Virus record (IMG/VR): IMGVR_UViG_2926661365_000002
Length of the DNA stretch: 64,000 nucleotides
Origin: a virus
Lineage: Duplodnaviria > Heunggongvirae > Uroviricota > Caudoviricetes
Strand: one strand, 5' to 3'
The notes under the pieces: generated by a model
Database searches by the model: none
What the model saw: the letters and a program-made list of their open reading frames with translations, nothing else
What the model was told of the DNA's origin: nothing
Shown here: positions 37,350 through 45,188 of the stretch, in pieces
Position numbering within the stretch: the first letter of the stretch is position 1
How the letters are laid out: the number at the start of each line of letters is the position of its first letter
Made by a program: the position numbers and the translations under genes

Positions 37350-38549
37350 ATGACCTCCGCGTCCAACCACATTCTCCAGGCTCGCACCGCGCTGCTCTGG
37401 GACTCGCCCTTCTTCGGCGTCCTCTCCATGCACCTGCTCGAGGTCGACGCCACCGACGACCCAACGGTCGACACCATGGCGACCGACGGCAAGCATCTGT
37501 TCTACGACAGCAAGTTCGTCCTCTCCCTGAGCAAGGCTGAGATGATCTTCGTCCTGGCTCACGAGATCATGCACAACGCCCTCGAGCACCACCTCCGCCG
37601 GCAGAACCGCAACCCCGGCCTTTGGAATGTGGCCTGCGACTTCGCCATCAACCTCGAACTCACCAAGGCCTTCGAGGAAGCCAAGGGCGTGAAGCCCAAG
37701 ATGCCAGCCGGTGGCCTGATCGATGCGCAGTTCGAGGGGATGAGCGCGGAGGAGATCTACCGCCACCTGCAACAGGAGATCGAGCAGAACGGCCACGCCA
37801 TGGCCGGCGGCGTCAAGATCGAGCCCGAACCCGGCCCGGATCTCGGCGGTTGCGGCGGCATCAAGGATGCCTGTGACCCCAGCGACGAGGCTGCCGTCAA
37901 CCACGCTCGAGCCGAGCTGCAGGCCCAGGTTCGCGGCGCTGCCATGGCGGCGGAGGGTGCGCAGGCTGGCTCCCTGCCCGGTTCCATTCAGCGTCTCATC
38001 GATCGCCTTCTCCAGCCCAAGGTTGACTGGCGCGCGATCCTTCGCAAGTTCATCGACGGCGTCGCCACCCGTGACTATGCCTGGTCGACGCCCAACCGCC
38101 GGCTGATCCCCCATCGCATCATCACGCCGAGCCTCGTGTCCGACTCCATCAGCCATCTGGTTGTGGCGGTCGACACCTCCGGCTCCATCAACGGCGAGAT
38201 CCTCAACGCCTTCGCTGCCGAGATCCGGGCAGCCTTTGGCGACGGCGCTGTCGATCGGATGTCGGTGCTCTATGCCGACGCCAAGGTGCAGCACGTCGAG
38301 GAGTTCGAGGCCGGCGACGAACTCGACCTTCACCCCAAGGGTGGCGGCGGCACTGCCTTCTCCGACACCTTCCGGATGATCCGCGATCGGTACCAGACCG
38401 GCGTCGCGACGATCTATCTCACCGACCTTTTCGTCTGCGACTACGGCGACGAACCCGACATGCCTGTCCTCTGGGCCGTGCATGGCCGGACCAAGGACTT
38501 CGACAATCTCTCCGTTCCCTTCGGCGAGCTCGTCAACATTTCCGACTAA
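37350..38549 (+). CDS. VWA-domain protein with N-terminal HExxH (HEIMH) zincin-like domain, DUF2201-type MoxR partner
   Basis: 399 aa. LAHEIMHNALEHH sits in the N-terminal half. A VWA-like block VVAVDTSGSINGEIL (MIDAS-like DxSxS) sits in the C-terminal half. The MoxR gene is upstream. Confidence 0.6.
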   Translation: MTSASNHILQARTALLWDSPFFGVLSMHLLEVDATDDPTVDTMATDGKHLFYDSKFVLSLSKAEMIFVLAHEIMHNALEHHLRRQNRNPGLWNVACDFAINLELTKAFEEAKGVKPKMPAGGLIDAQFEGMSAEEIYRHLQQEIEQNGHAMAGGVKIEPEPGPDLGGCGGIKDACDPSDEAAVNHARAELQAQVRGAAMAAEGAQAGSLPGSIQRLIDRLLQPKVDWRAILRKFIDGVATRDYAWSTPNRRLIPHRIITPSLVSDSISHLVVAVDTSGSINGEILNAFAAEIRAAFGDGAVDRMSVLYADAKVQHVEEFEAGDELDLHPKGGGGTAFSDTFRMIRDRYQTGVATIYLTDLFVCDYGDEPDMPVLWAVHGRTKDFDNLSVPFGELVNISD

Positions 38550-38588
38550 CCCTCTGCAACCCGCCACTGATGGCAACAGGAGACCACC

Positions 38589-38954
38589 TTGTCCTACCAA
38601 CTAAAGATCGACGAAATGCTCGACGCTCTCTGCAACGCCGGCCACCCCCTTGCATTGCAGTTCACCCAGCTGGTCGAGGCCACGGCCGACATCCTCGCCT
38701 CCGCCATCTGCCTGCAACTCGACATCGAATGCGAGTCCGCCACCTTCCAGGGCGCTGCCTTCGCTGGCACCTGCGTACCCTTCCGCGCAAAGCATGCAGG
38801 TCAGGCGCTGCCGGACGAGATCGCCCACTACGACGACCCGGCGGAATGGGAGTCCCCCTGCCCTGACTGCAAGGGTCTGGGCGCCTTCGCTGACACGGGT
38901 TTTCACTGCCCGGCTTGCCTCGGCGGCGGCACCATCACGGCAAAGGAGGAGTGA
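38589..38954 (+). CDS. Hypothetical protein with C-terminal zinc-ribbon (CPDCKG...FHCPACLGGG)
   Basis: 121 aa, TTG start. Preceded by the motif caacccgccactgatgg and an AGGAGA RBS. Confidence 0.45.
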   Translation: MSYQLKIDEMLDALCNAGHPLALQFTQLVEATADILASAICLQLDIECESATFQGAAFAGTCVPFRAKHAGQALPDEIAHYDDPAEWESPCPDCKGLGAFADTGFHCPACLGGGTITAKEE

Positions 38955-38955
38955 C

Positions 38956-39135
38956 ATGCCCCGCAAGAAGCGCGTGACTATGCTGGTCACAGTTTCAGTC
39001 CCGGAGCATCTGAGCGCAGCGGAAGCAAGGCGTGAAGTCCGGACCCTCATCAACGAACAATGCTTGTATTCGTCCGAACTCGACGACGGGGACATCAAGG
39101 CCGTGCGCGTGACGCCGGCACCAAGGGAGGCTTGA
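38956..39135 (+). CDS. Small hypothetical protein (59 aa)
   Basis: GGAG RBS. Start abuts the upstream stop. Confidence 0.3.
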   Translation: MPRKKRVTMLVTVSVPEHLSAAEARREVRTLINEQCLYSSELDDGDIKAVRVTPAPREA

Positions 39136-39372
39136 ATGCCCAGTTACTTCGTCAACTGGGAGATCGACATCTTCGACGTCGCCAACCCTCGCGAAGCTGC
39201 ACAGCAAGCCTTCGCCCACATGCAGAGACGCGGCACTTTGGCCACTGCGTTCAAGGTCATCGAGCACGATAGCAATGGCGAAGCCGTCACCATCGACCTC
39301 CTCGAGGAGAGCATGGATGACCTGACGGTGACCGCAATCGAGGAGGCGATCGCCGATGATGTCCATCGGTGA
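39136..39372 (+). CDS. Small acidic hypothetical protein
   Basis: 78 aa. Confidence 0.4.
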   Translation: MPSYFVNWEIDIFDVANPREAAQQAFAHMQRRGTLATAFKVIEHDSNGEAVTIDLLEESMDDLTVTAIEEAIADDVHR

Positions 39373-39592
39373 AGCGCTCCTCGCCGAAACCCTCAAACCG
39401 AAGATCGAGGCCATCGTCCAGAAGTACATGGGCAAGCCCGTCACCTTCGGCCTGATCAAGGAACTGTCGGCGGAACTCTCCGTCCTTTCCAAACCGCCTC
39501 TTTACGAGATCTCGGTAGAGGCGACCGACAAGAACGAACTCAAAGTGAACCTCCGCATCCACCTCCCCTCGCTTGAAGGAGAACAGACATGA
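39356..39592 (+). CDS. Small hypothetical protein
   Basis: 78 aa. Confidence 0.4.
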   Translation: MMSIGEALLAETLKPKIEAIVQKYMGKPVTFGLIKELSAELSVLSKPPLYEISVEATDKNELKVNLRIHLPSLEGEQT

Positions 39593-40245
39593 CCACCCCC
39601 CGCACCGATGAGCAGATCATCGAAGAGACCAACGAGCTGGCGCGCTACATCCTCGCCGAGCTGGTCGGCACCGGGTACCAAGTACCCGGCGACCACAAAT
39701 TCTATGAGGCGGAAGATCCCCGCAGCCAGAAGGCCTGGCAGCATGCCGTCAAGATCATGGAGGTAACGACGAAGACCGAGATGGCGGACGTCTTACTGGC
39801 CTTCAACATCCCGCTCCCACCTGAAAATGAGATTGAAGAACTTGAGCCCGAGCCCATCCTCCGCAAGTATGGCGTCCGCCTCTGGGCCACCTTCCGCGGA
39901 GAGTGCGAGGTCACAGTCGAGGCCACGAGCTACGACGAGGCGATCGAGAAGGCAAAGCAGCTCGACCACAACGACTTCAACTACACGTTCGACGATAGCG
40001 TCGAGGGTGACCAGACACTCCACGTCTACGGCCCCGACGACGACAACCAGGATGACGATGACGAATGGGCCGGAGACGGCGTCGAGATCGACATGCGCAA
40101 GCCGGGGAACCCGTTCAGCTGGGACGCATGCAGGCTGGTCGTTGGCCTGGCCAAGCTGGACGGGCTGCCCCGAGACCCGCAGTGCATGGAAGCGATCGAG
40201 GGCTTCATCTCTCTGGCCAAGAGCATCTGCACCAAGGAAGGCTGA
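39589..40245 (+). CDS. Acidic hypothetical protein
   Basis: 218 aa with an Asp-rich tract DDDNQDDDDEW. Confidence 0.5.
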   Translation: MTTPRTDEQIIEETNELARYILAELVGTGYQVPGDHKFYEAEDPRSQKAWQHAVKIMEVTTKTEMADVLLAFNIPLPPENEIEELEPEPILRKYGVRLWATFRGECEVTVEATSYDEAIEKAKQLDHNDFNYTFDDSVEGDQTLHVYGPDDDNQDDDDEWAGDGVEIDMRKPGNPFSWDACRLVVGLAKLDGLPRDPQCMEAIEGFISLAKSICTKEG

Positions 40246-40246
40246 C

Positions 40247-40561
40247 GTGAGCTACGAGGAGATTATCGCCCGAGAGCTGGAGTTCCACAGCTTCGACGTG
40301 GACTCCGGCCCCGACTATCTGGACTTCGACTTCTACTGGGCAGGAGACGGGGAAAAGTTGCGCCGTGTCTCCCTCCGGTTCAAGTCGGAGGGCGCACGGT
40401 TTTTGGTCGGCATCCGCGATATTGGCGGCGGTGATGGCCTTGGGGGCTGGGACTTCTTCGAGCAGTCTTATCAGCAGCACCTGCCCCGCCTGATCGACCT
40501 CCTCCCTCCGGAGGAGCTGGCCCGCCTCACCGTCGCAAGGATGGGGTTGCCCAGTGTATGA
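40247..40561 (+). CDS. Small protein, possible degenerate family member (GTG start)
   Basis: AAGGAAGG RBS. GARFLVGI core. C-terminus EELARLTVARMGLPSV. Confidence 0.4.
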   Translation: MSYEEIIARELEFHSFDVDSGPDYLDFDFYWAGDGEKLRRVSLRFKSEGARFLVGIRDIGGGDGLGGWDFFEQSYQQHLPRLIDLLPPEELARLTVARMGLPSV

Positions 40562-40868
40562 CCCCCTCCAAGGCCTCCGCCTGATGGGGCCGGCGCAGAT
40601 CCTCTTCGACCTCAACCTCGTGTGGTTTTTCACAAGGGACGGGGAGGAACTCTCGACAAACCAGCTGACATACTGGGCGGATACGCGCGCTTTCACAGCC
40701 ACCAACAAGGCCAAGGCCGGCTCGTATGGAGAGATAACCTACCAGATGTGGCCGGAAGTCAGCGCCAGCAGACTGGTCACCCTCCTCTCCGACGAGGAGA
40801 AAGCCAAGGCGGTTGCCGCCTCATTGGGAGTTAATCCATGCAAAGACGAGACAGGCTGGAAGGCCTGA
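40554..40868 (+). CDS. Small paralog-family protein (member 5)
   Basis: TRAFTATN core; C-terminus LSDEEKAKAVAASLGV. Confidence 0.45.
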   Translation: MYDPLQGLRLMGPAQILFDLNLVWFFTRDGEELSTNQLTYWADTRAFTATNKAKAGSYGEITYQMWPEVSASRLVTLLSDEEKAKAVAASLGVNPCKDETGWKA

Positions 40869-41134
40869 TATTCTGCAGCCTCGACAAATACGATCCTGAT
40901 GACCGCGTGCTCTGGATCAACATGATGATCCGCGAACGTGCAGGCATTCAGATGTTCATTCGATACGGAGCGGATACCCGTCTCCTGATGCCTCGACGCT
41001 CGCATGCCGGGCGGAACATAAAGCCATACTTCACAAACAAGCGCTTCATCGATGCGGTGATCGCCAAGATCCCAGACCGCATCATCGCCGAGCTGATCGC
41101 TCACTCGATCTCCTTGAGTACGAGGGAAAGTTGA
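40838..41134 (+). CDS. Small paralog-family protein (member 6)
   Basis: C-terminus IAELIAHSISLSTRES. The start is uncertain because of a 30-nt overlap with the upstream gene. Confidence 0.4.
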   Translation: MQRRDRLEGLIFCSLDKYDPDDRVLWINMMIRERAGIQMFIRYGADTRLLMPRRSHAGRNIKPYFTNKRFIDAVIAKIPDRIIAELIAHSISLSTRES

Positions 41135-41400
41135 TGGGTCTCGGTCCTGCCCCTCCGCCTCCGCCATCTGATGGCCCCTCGCGCCCCTTCAAGGTGAAGG
41201 ACATCCAACTCGGCCGCTTGCGCCGGAATGCTGCTGTCTTCTTCTACCCGTCCAGAAGAGCGTTCGTCTTGTACTGGGAAAACTGGGTTTCAACTAGGAT
41301 GCAGAGGCCCCTCACCGCCGAGGAGCTTCCCGAATACCTCACGAATGAGGAGATCGCACGATGCCTCGCCGCAGCTATTACGGCGAGCGCCACCCCTTAA
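41134..41400 (+). CDS. Small paralog-family protein (member 7)
   Basis: Poly-Pro N-terminus; SRRAFVLYW core; C-terminus LTNEEIARCLAAAITA. Confidence 0.45.
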   Translation: MGLGPAPPPPPSDGPSRPFKVKDIQLGRLRRNAAVFFYPSRRAFVLYWENWVSTRMQRPLTAEELPEYLTNEEIARCLAAAITASATP

Positions 41401-41425
41401 CCCGCAACCATGCACAGGAGAGACC

Positions 41426-41605
41426 ATGCCCACCTTTGTCGTGGAGCTGACCTACCGCGTCGAGGTCACCAGCCCTGACGCCGGCACCGCCACCACCACC
41501 GTGCGAAACCAGGCCGAGTATCTGAAAGGCACGGCCGAGCAGATCAAATACCTTGGCTACAAGAAGCCGGAGGTCACCCTCAGATCCTGGGAGAAGACGA
41601 CATGA
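41426..41605 (+). CDS. Small hypothetical protein (59 aa)
   Basis: Preceded by taacccgcaaccatgc and AGGAGAGACC. Confidence 0.35.
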   Translation: MPTFVVELTYRVEVTSPDAGTATTTVRNQAEYLKGTAEQIKYLGYKKPEVTLRSWEKTT

Positions 41606-41832
41606 GCATGCCCCGCATAAAGCGGTCGCCCATGGAGAGGGATGTCCTGCTCATCCTCACCGCCGAGACGAACAAGCTGATCATCGCCTACCACGTTCCA
41701 TCCCGCGCCTTCGGCTTCACGGCGGGCAAGGAGTTCCACCAGGTCGAGAAGGCAGAGGTGGCGCTGCCGGAAGAGGTGGTCGCCAAGTGCCTGGCCTACA
41801 GCATCGCTGGCATTCTGGCAGAGCAGCCATGA
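41602..41832 (+). CDS. Small paralog-family protein (member 8)
   Basis: SRAFGFTAGK core; C-terminus LPEEVVAKCLAYSIAGIL. Confidence 0.45.
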   Translation: MSMPRIKRSPMERDVLLILTAETNKLIIAYHVPSRAFGFTAGKEFHQVEKAEVALPEEVVAKCLAYSIAGILAEQP

Positions 41833-42068
41833 AGCGCGGTGACCCACTCGAACACTGGACATGGGGCGGCGACCCCAAAGGCCCGCCTCTCCTGCACCTG
41901 AAAGCCGGAAGGAAGCCGCTCGGCCTCTTCGTTGCCTACTATGTGCAAAGCCGCCGCTTCTACCTGCCCCGCAACCTGCGCCGGACTGAGATCAGCGCCG
42001 ACCGGATCGAGGAGAGCGCGGTGGCCGAAGCCCTCGGCGTCTCCCTCACCTACGAGGACAGCTCATGA
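41829..42068 (+). CDS. Small paralog-family protein (member 9)
   Basis: SRRFYLPRN core; C-terminus IEESAVAEALGVSLTYED. ATGA overlap with the upstream gene. Confidence 0.45.
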   Translation: MKRGDPLEHWTWGGDPKGPPLLHLKAGRKPLGLFVAYYVQSRRFYLPRNLRRTEISADRIEESAVAEALGVSLTYEDSS

Positions 42069-42271
42069 GCTGGGGACTCAGCAAGAAAACCCGACACGTC
42101 GCGGTCACAGCAGATGGGGTCATCATCTTCCACCGCCTCGATCGCACCTATCGGTGGGGCACCACCCCCGACTCCACACCGCTGACAGAGCAGGAGGTGA
42201 AGCGCTTCGTCTCGGACAACAACCACGCCGCCTGCATAGGCTGGGCACTCACATTCAAGGGAGGGGAATGA
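42065..42271 (+). CDS. Small paralog-family protein (member 10)
   Basis: DRTYRWGT core; C-terminus LTEQEVKRFVSDNNHAACIGWALTFKG. Confidence 0.45.
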   Translation: MSWGLSKKTRHVAVTADGVIIFHRLDRTYRWGTTPDSTPLTEQEVKRFVSDNNHAACIGWALTFKGGE

Positions 42272-42555
42272 CCAGCAACAATGTGAAACTGACCATCCAC
42301 AAAGGGGAGAAGCCCGTGCGCATCCATCCGAAAGGCCCCGAGCTTCCGTTTCACCAGATCAGCTACGACCCGATCGGCCGCACGTTCTCTTGGGAAGTCA
42401 AGGTGAAGGGCAGGCCACCGTCCCTTAACAACCCAACATCGAACGAAGGCCCGTTCCACCTCTACAAGCAGCTGACCCCGGAGGAGATCACCCGCTACAT
42501 CGACGACGAAACCATGGCCGAATGTTTGGCCATGTCCCTGACCCAGGCCCGCTAA
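42268..42555 (+). CDS. Small paralog-family protein (member 11)
   Basis: GRTFSWEV core; C-terminus LTPEEITRYIDDETMAECLAMSLTQAR. Confidence 0.45.
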   Translation: MTSNNVKLTIHKGEKPVRIHPKGPELPFHQISYDPIGRTFSWEVKVKGRPPSLNNPTSNEGPFHLYKQLTPEEITRYIDDETMAECLAMSLTQAR

Positions 42556-42573
42556 CCCAGCGGGCCTTTTTCT
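42538..42573 (+). terminator. Rho-independent terminator closing the paralog cluster
   Basis: GGCCCGCT aaccc AGCGGGCC stem followed by TTTTTCTTTTTC. Confidence 0.55.
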
Positions 42574-42592
42574 TTTTCAACCAGAGGAGAGC

Positions 42593-43105
42593 ATGACCCT
42601 TGAAGAACGAATAGCCAGCATCCTCGCCTACGACCCCGAGACCGGAGAGTTCACCTGGAAGGTGACGATCCATAGCCACGCGGTCAAAGGCCAGAAGGCG
42701 GGAAGCCAGCCGGCGCGTGGTGCCAAGCGGATACAGATTGACCGCAAGGTTCTCCTCTGCACCCGCCTCGCCTTCCTGCTCCATACCGGCAAATGGCCGG
42801 ACGGCGTCGTCATCCTCGCCGACAAGGACGACACAAACCTCCGCTTCAACAACCTGATCGACACAACCAAGTCGGCCCGGATGCGGAGACAGGACAAGCC
42901 GCACAAGCGCACCAAGAGCGGGCTCATCGGTGCTCACTTCCATAAAAAATCCGGGAAGTGGGCGGCGCGGATCTCATGGAAGACCGTGAAGAAGAAACAC
43001 ATCGGCCTCTTCGACACCCCCGAAGAGGCGAGTGCCGCCTATTGGGCAAGACGAAACCAACTGCAACAGGAGAACGACAATGAAAGACACACCGCATCCG
43101 ACTGA
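42593..43105 (+). CDS. HNH homing-type endonuclease with AP2 DNA-binding domain
   Basis: 170 aa. The N-terminus YDPETGEFTWK... is typical of the HNH_3 family. The C-terminus KSGKWAARISWKTVKKKHIGLFDTPEEASAAYWARR is AP2-like. Confidence 0.65.
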   Translation: MTLEERIASILAYDPETGEFTWKVTIHSHAVKGQKAGSQPARGAKRIQIDRKVLLCTRLAFLLHTGKWPDGVVILADKDDTNLRFNNLIDTTKSARMRRQDKPHKRTKSGLIGAHFHKKSGKWAARISWKTVKKKHIGLFDTPEEASAAYWARRNQLQQENDNERHTASD

Positions 43106-43502
43106 CGTCATCATCGGCAACAATCTGGCTCGCCTGCGCAAGGCCAAAGGCCTGTCGCTTGAAGCGCTGGGCGAGAGGGTCGGAGTAAGTTTCCAACAGC
43201 TCCAGAAATACTCATCCGGGGCGAACAGGATCTCCGCGAGCATGGCCGACATGCTGTGCCAAGCCCTCGGTTGCCATATTTCTGACCTCTTCGCCGGCAC
43301 CGCCGCCACAGGCTGCGCGCCCTTATCGCTGCCGCAGGCCTCTCCCCAGGCGATGAAGCTGGCCACTGCGTTCGACCGCATCAAGGGCGCCCAGACCAGG
43401 CAATCCATCTCCCGCATCGTCACCGCCATCATCGCCGAGCAGGCGCAGGACGAACCCGAGCAGGCTGACGACCTCGAGCCCGACCAGGACATCGCGGCGT
43501 GA
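43080..43502 (+). CDS. XRE-family HTH transcriptional regulator
   Basis: HTH LSLEALGERVGVSFQQLQKYSSGANRIS; acidic C-terminus. Confidence 0.6.
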   Translation: MKDTPHPTDVIIGNNLARLRKAKGLSLEALGERVGVSFQQLQKYSSGANRISASMADMLCQALGCHISDLFAGTAATGCAPLSLPQASPQAMKLATAFDRIKGAQTRQSISRIVTAIIAEQAQDEPEQADDLEPDQDIAA

Positions 43503-43693
43503 AGCGCTTCGCACAATTCAAGCCACTCGCCATCGCAGTCTATGCGGTGGCCGCTGTCGTCACATTTGGCGCAGCATACAGGGACCAGCCCGCCGACGCC
43601 TATGCTGACACAAGGCTGTCAGGCGCGCTCCTGACGTCCATTGCTTGGCCCCTCTACGTCTCCGCCAAGCTCTGGTCCCTGGACCGGCCCTGA
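43499..43693 (+). CDS. Small membrane protein (GTG start)
   Basis: 64 aa with two hydrophobic segments. Confidence 0.3.
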   Translation: MKRFAQFKPLAIAVYAVAAVVTFGAAYRDQPADAYADTRLSGALLTSIAWPLYVSAKLWSLDRP

Positions 43694-43818
43694 CGCCCCC
43701 GCCTGCCCCATCCACGGGGCAGGCACCCCCACCCCTGACATCGCTGAAAGCCGCCCGGTGAGGAGCATCCCGCTCCTGACCCGGCCGCTGTTGGCCGTTA
43801 ACCCCCAAGAGGTAAATC

Positions 43819-44394
43819 ATGAATCGAAACTCCATCCTTCTCTCCGCCTTCCTTGCTCTCTCCGCTACCACCGCCATTGCCGGACCCGATGCACCCGTGT
43901 GCCAGGAACCCGGCTGGTCGGTAGGCAAGGTCTTTGCCGGATGCTTCGGCCGCGCCGAGGTTGGTGGCGGCGGAAGCGTCCTTCCCGTCTCCGCTACCCC
44001 CGCTCCGGTGACCCCCGTCCCGGTCGATCCCACGCCGACCGACCCGACCGATCCGGGCGATGGCGAAACCCCTGTTGACCCCACCGATCCGGGCGACGGT
44101 GACGGCGACAACGGTGACGGCGATGGCGACGGCGAAACCCCGACCGACCCGACGGACCCGGGCGATGGCGACGGTGACAACGGCGGTGAGCCGACTGACC
44201 CCGGCGCAGGCGACGGCGATGGCGACGGCGGTACCGGCGGCGACGGTGACACTGGCGGCGATGCCGGCGACGGCGATACCGGCTCCGACACGGGCGACAC
44301 GGGCGGTTCCGACGGCGATGATGCCGGCGGCGACACGGGTGGCGATACCGGCGGCGACGCTGGCGGCGACACGGGTTCCGACACCACCGAGTAA
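43819..44394 (+). CDS. Secreted Asp/Gly/Thr/Pro-rich repetitive acidic protein
   Basis: Sec signal MNRNSILLSAFLALSATTAIA-GP. Repeats TDPTDPGDGDGDNGDGDGDGETP and GGDTGGDAGGDTG. Good RBS AAGAGG. Confidence 0.6.
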   Translation: MNRNSILLSAFLALSATTAIAGPDAPVCQEPGWSVGKVFAGCFGRAEVGGGGSVLPVSATPAPVTPVPVDPTPTDPTDPGDGETPVDPTDPGDGDGDNGDGDGDGETPTDPTDPGDGDGDNGGEPTDPGAGDGDGDGGTGGDGDTGGDAGDGDTGSDTGDTGGSDGDDAGGDTGGDTGGDAGGDTGSDTTE

Positions 44395-44454
44395 TTGACA
44401 AGTTGCGGCTCGTCCCTGCAATAGCGGGGGCGAGCACAACCAGAAAGGATTACC

Positions 44455-44904
44455 GTGGAACACAAACCCTCTTCCCGACCGATCGCTAACCCGATCCCTA
44501 CTCATGGCGGCTTCCAGGCGCAGTTCTCACTACCCGGCCTTGTCCCTGCCCTCGTTCGAGAAGGCGGCAAGCCGCAGGTATTCCCGACTGAACACGAAGC
44601 TGAGTATGCTGCGCTCAAAGCGCTCTTCCGCCTGCATGAAAGCAGGACACGGGACACGAGGAAGGCCGGCGGGTATCGCCGACTGACCGGCGCCGAGCTG
44701 GCATTGCTGATCGACGAAGCAAACCTGACCGTCACCTACTTCGCCGAGATCGCGGGCGTTCCCCAACACCGCGTCATGAAGTGGATCGACGGCGAGCAGG
44801 ACATCCCGCACTCCATCCACATCCTCATCAAGATGATCGCGGCCAACGAGCCGAACTTTAAAATGGCAGAGCGGATCACCGAGGATTACCGAGAGGAACC
44901 ATGA
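44455..44904 (+). CDS. HTH-domain protein (C-terminal helix-turn-helix)
   Basis: 149 aa. LTGAELALLIDEANLTVTYFAEIAGVPQHRVMKWIDGEQ. Confidence 0.45.
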   Translation: MEHKPSSRPIANPIPTHGGFQAQFSLPGLVPALVREGGKPQVFPTEHEAEYAALKALFRLHESRTRDTRKAGGYRRLTGAELALLIDEANLTVTYFAEIAGVPQHRVMKWIDGEQDIPHSIHILIKMIAANEPNFKMAERITEDYREEP

Positions 44905-45188
44905 TCTCTACGAATGACTTCCGCACATGGATAGCCCGCATGGGCTTCAACGAAAAAAAGCAGCTCTCCGTCGCTGGAGGGCTGCTTGATATGAAGAGGT
45001 TTACCGCTTCCGAAACCGCGAACGGACGCCGGGAACTTACCCAGGTGGAGCGCCTGGCTATGAGCGCAATTCGAGCGGGCCTGCATCCCTGGACACCAGC
45101 CTACGACGCTTCATTAGTGGCGGCATCCGCGGGCACCCCCTCGGCCACCGTGAAATCAGATCTTCCGGCGGAAGGTACCCAAGGATAA
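44901..45188 (+). CDS. Small ORF, doubtful (130-nt overlap with the convergent minus-strand gene)
   Basis: ATGA-coupled to the upstream HTH gene, but it overlaps the 3' end of 45058-45813 on the other strand. Confidence 0.25.
   Translation: MISTNDFRTWIARMGFNEKKQLSVAGGLLDMKRFTASETANGRRELTQVERLAMSAIRAGLHPWTPAYDASLVAASAGTPSATVKSDLPAEGTQG

Noticed and set aside
26826-41413. Integron attC-like cassette boundaries as an explanation for the recurring intergenic motif
   Set aside because: The motif is short (about 15 nt), not an imperfect inverted repeat of 57-141 bp. No integron integrase is present. A start-associated or translational-coupling element fits better.
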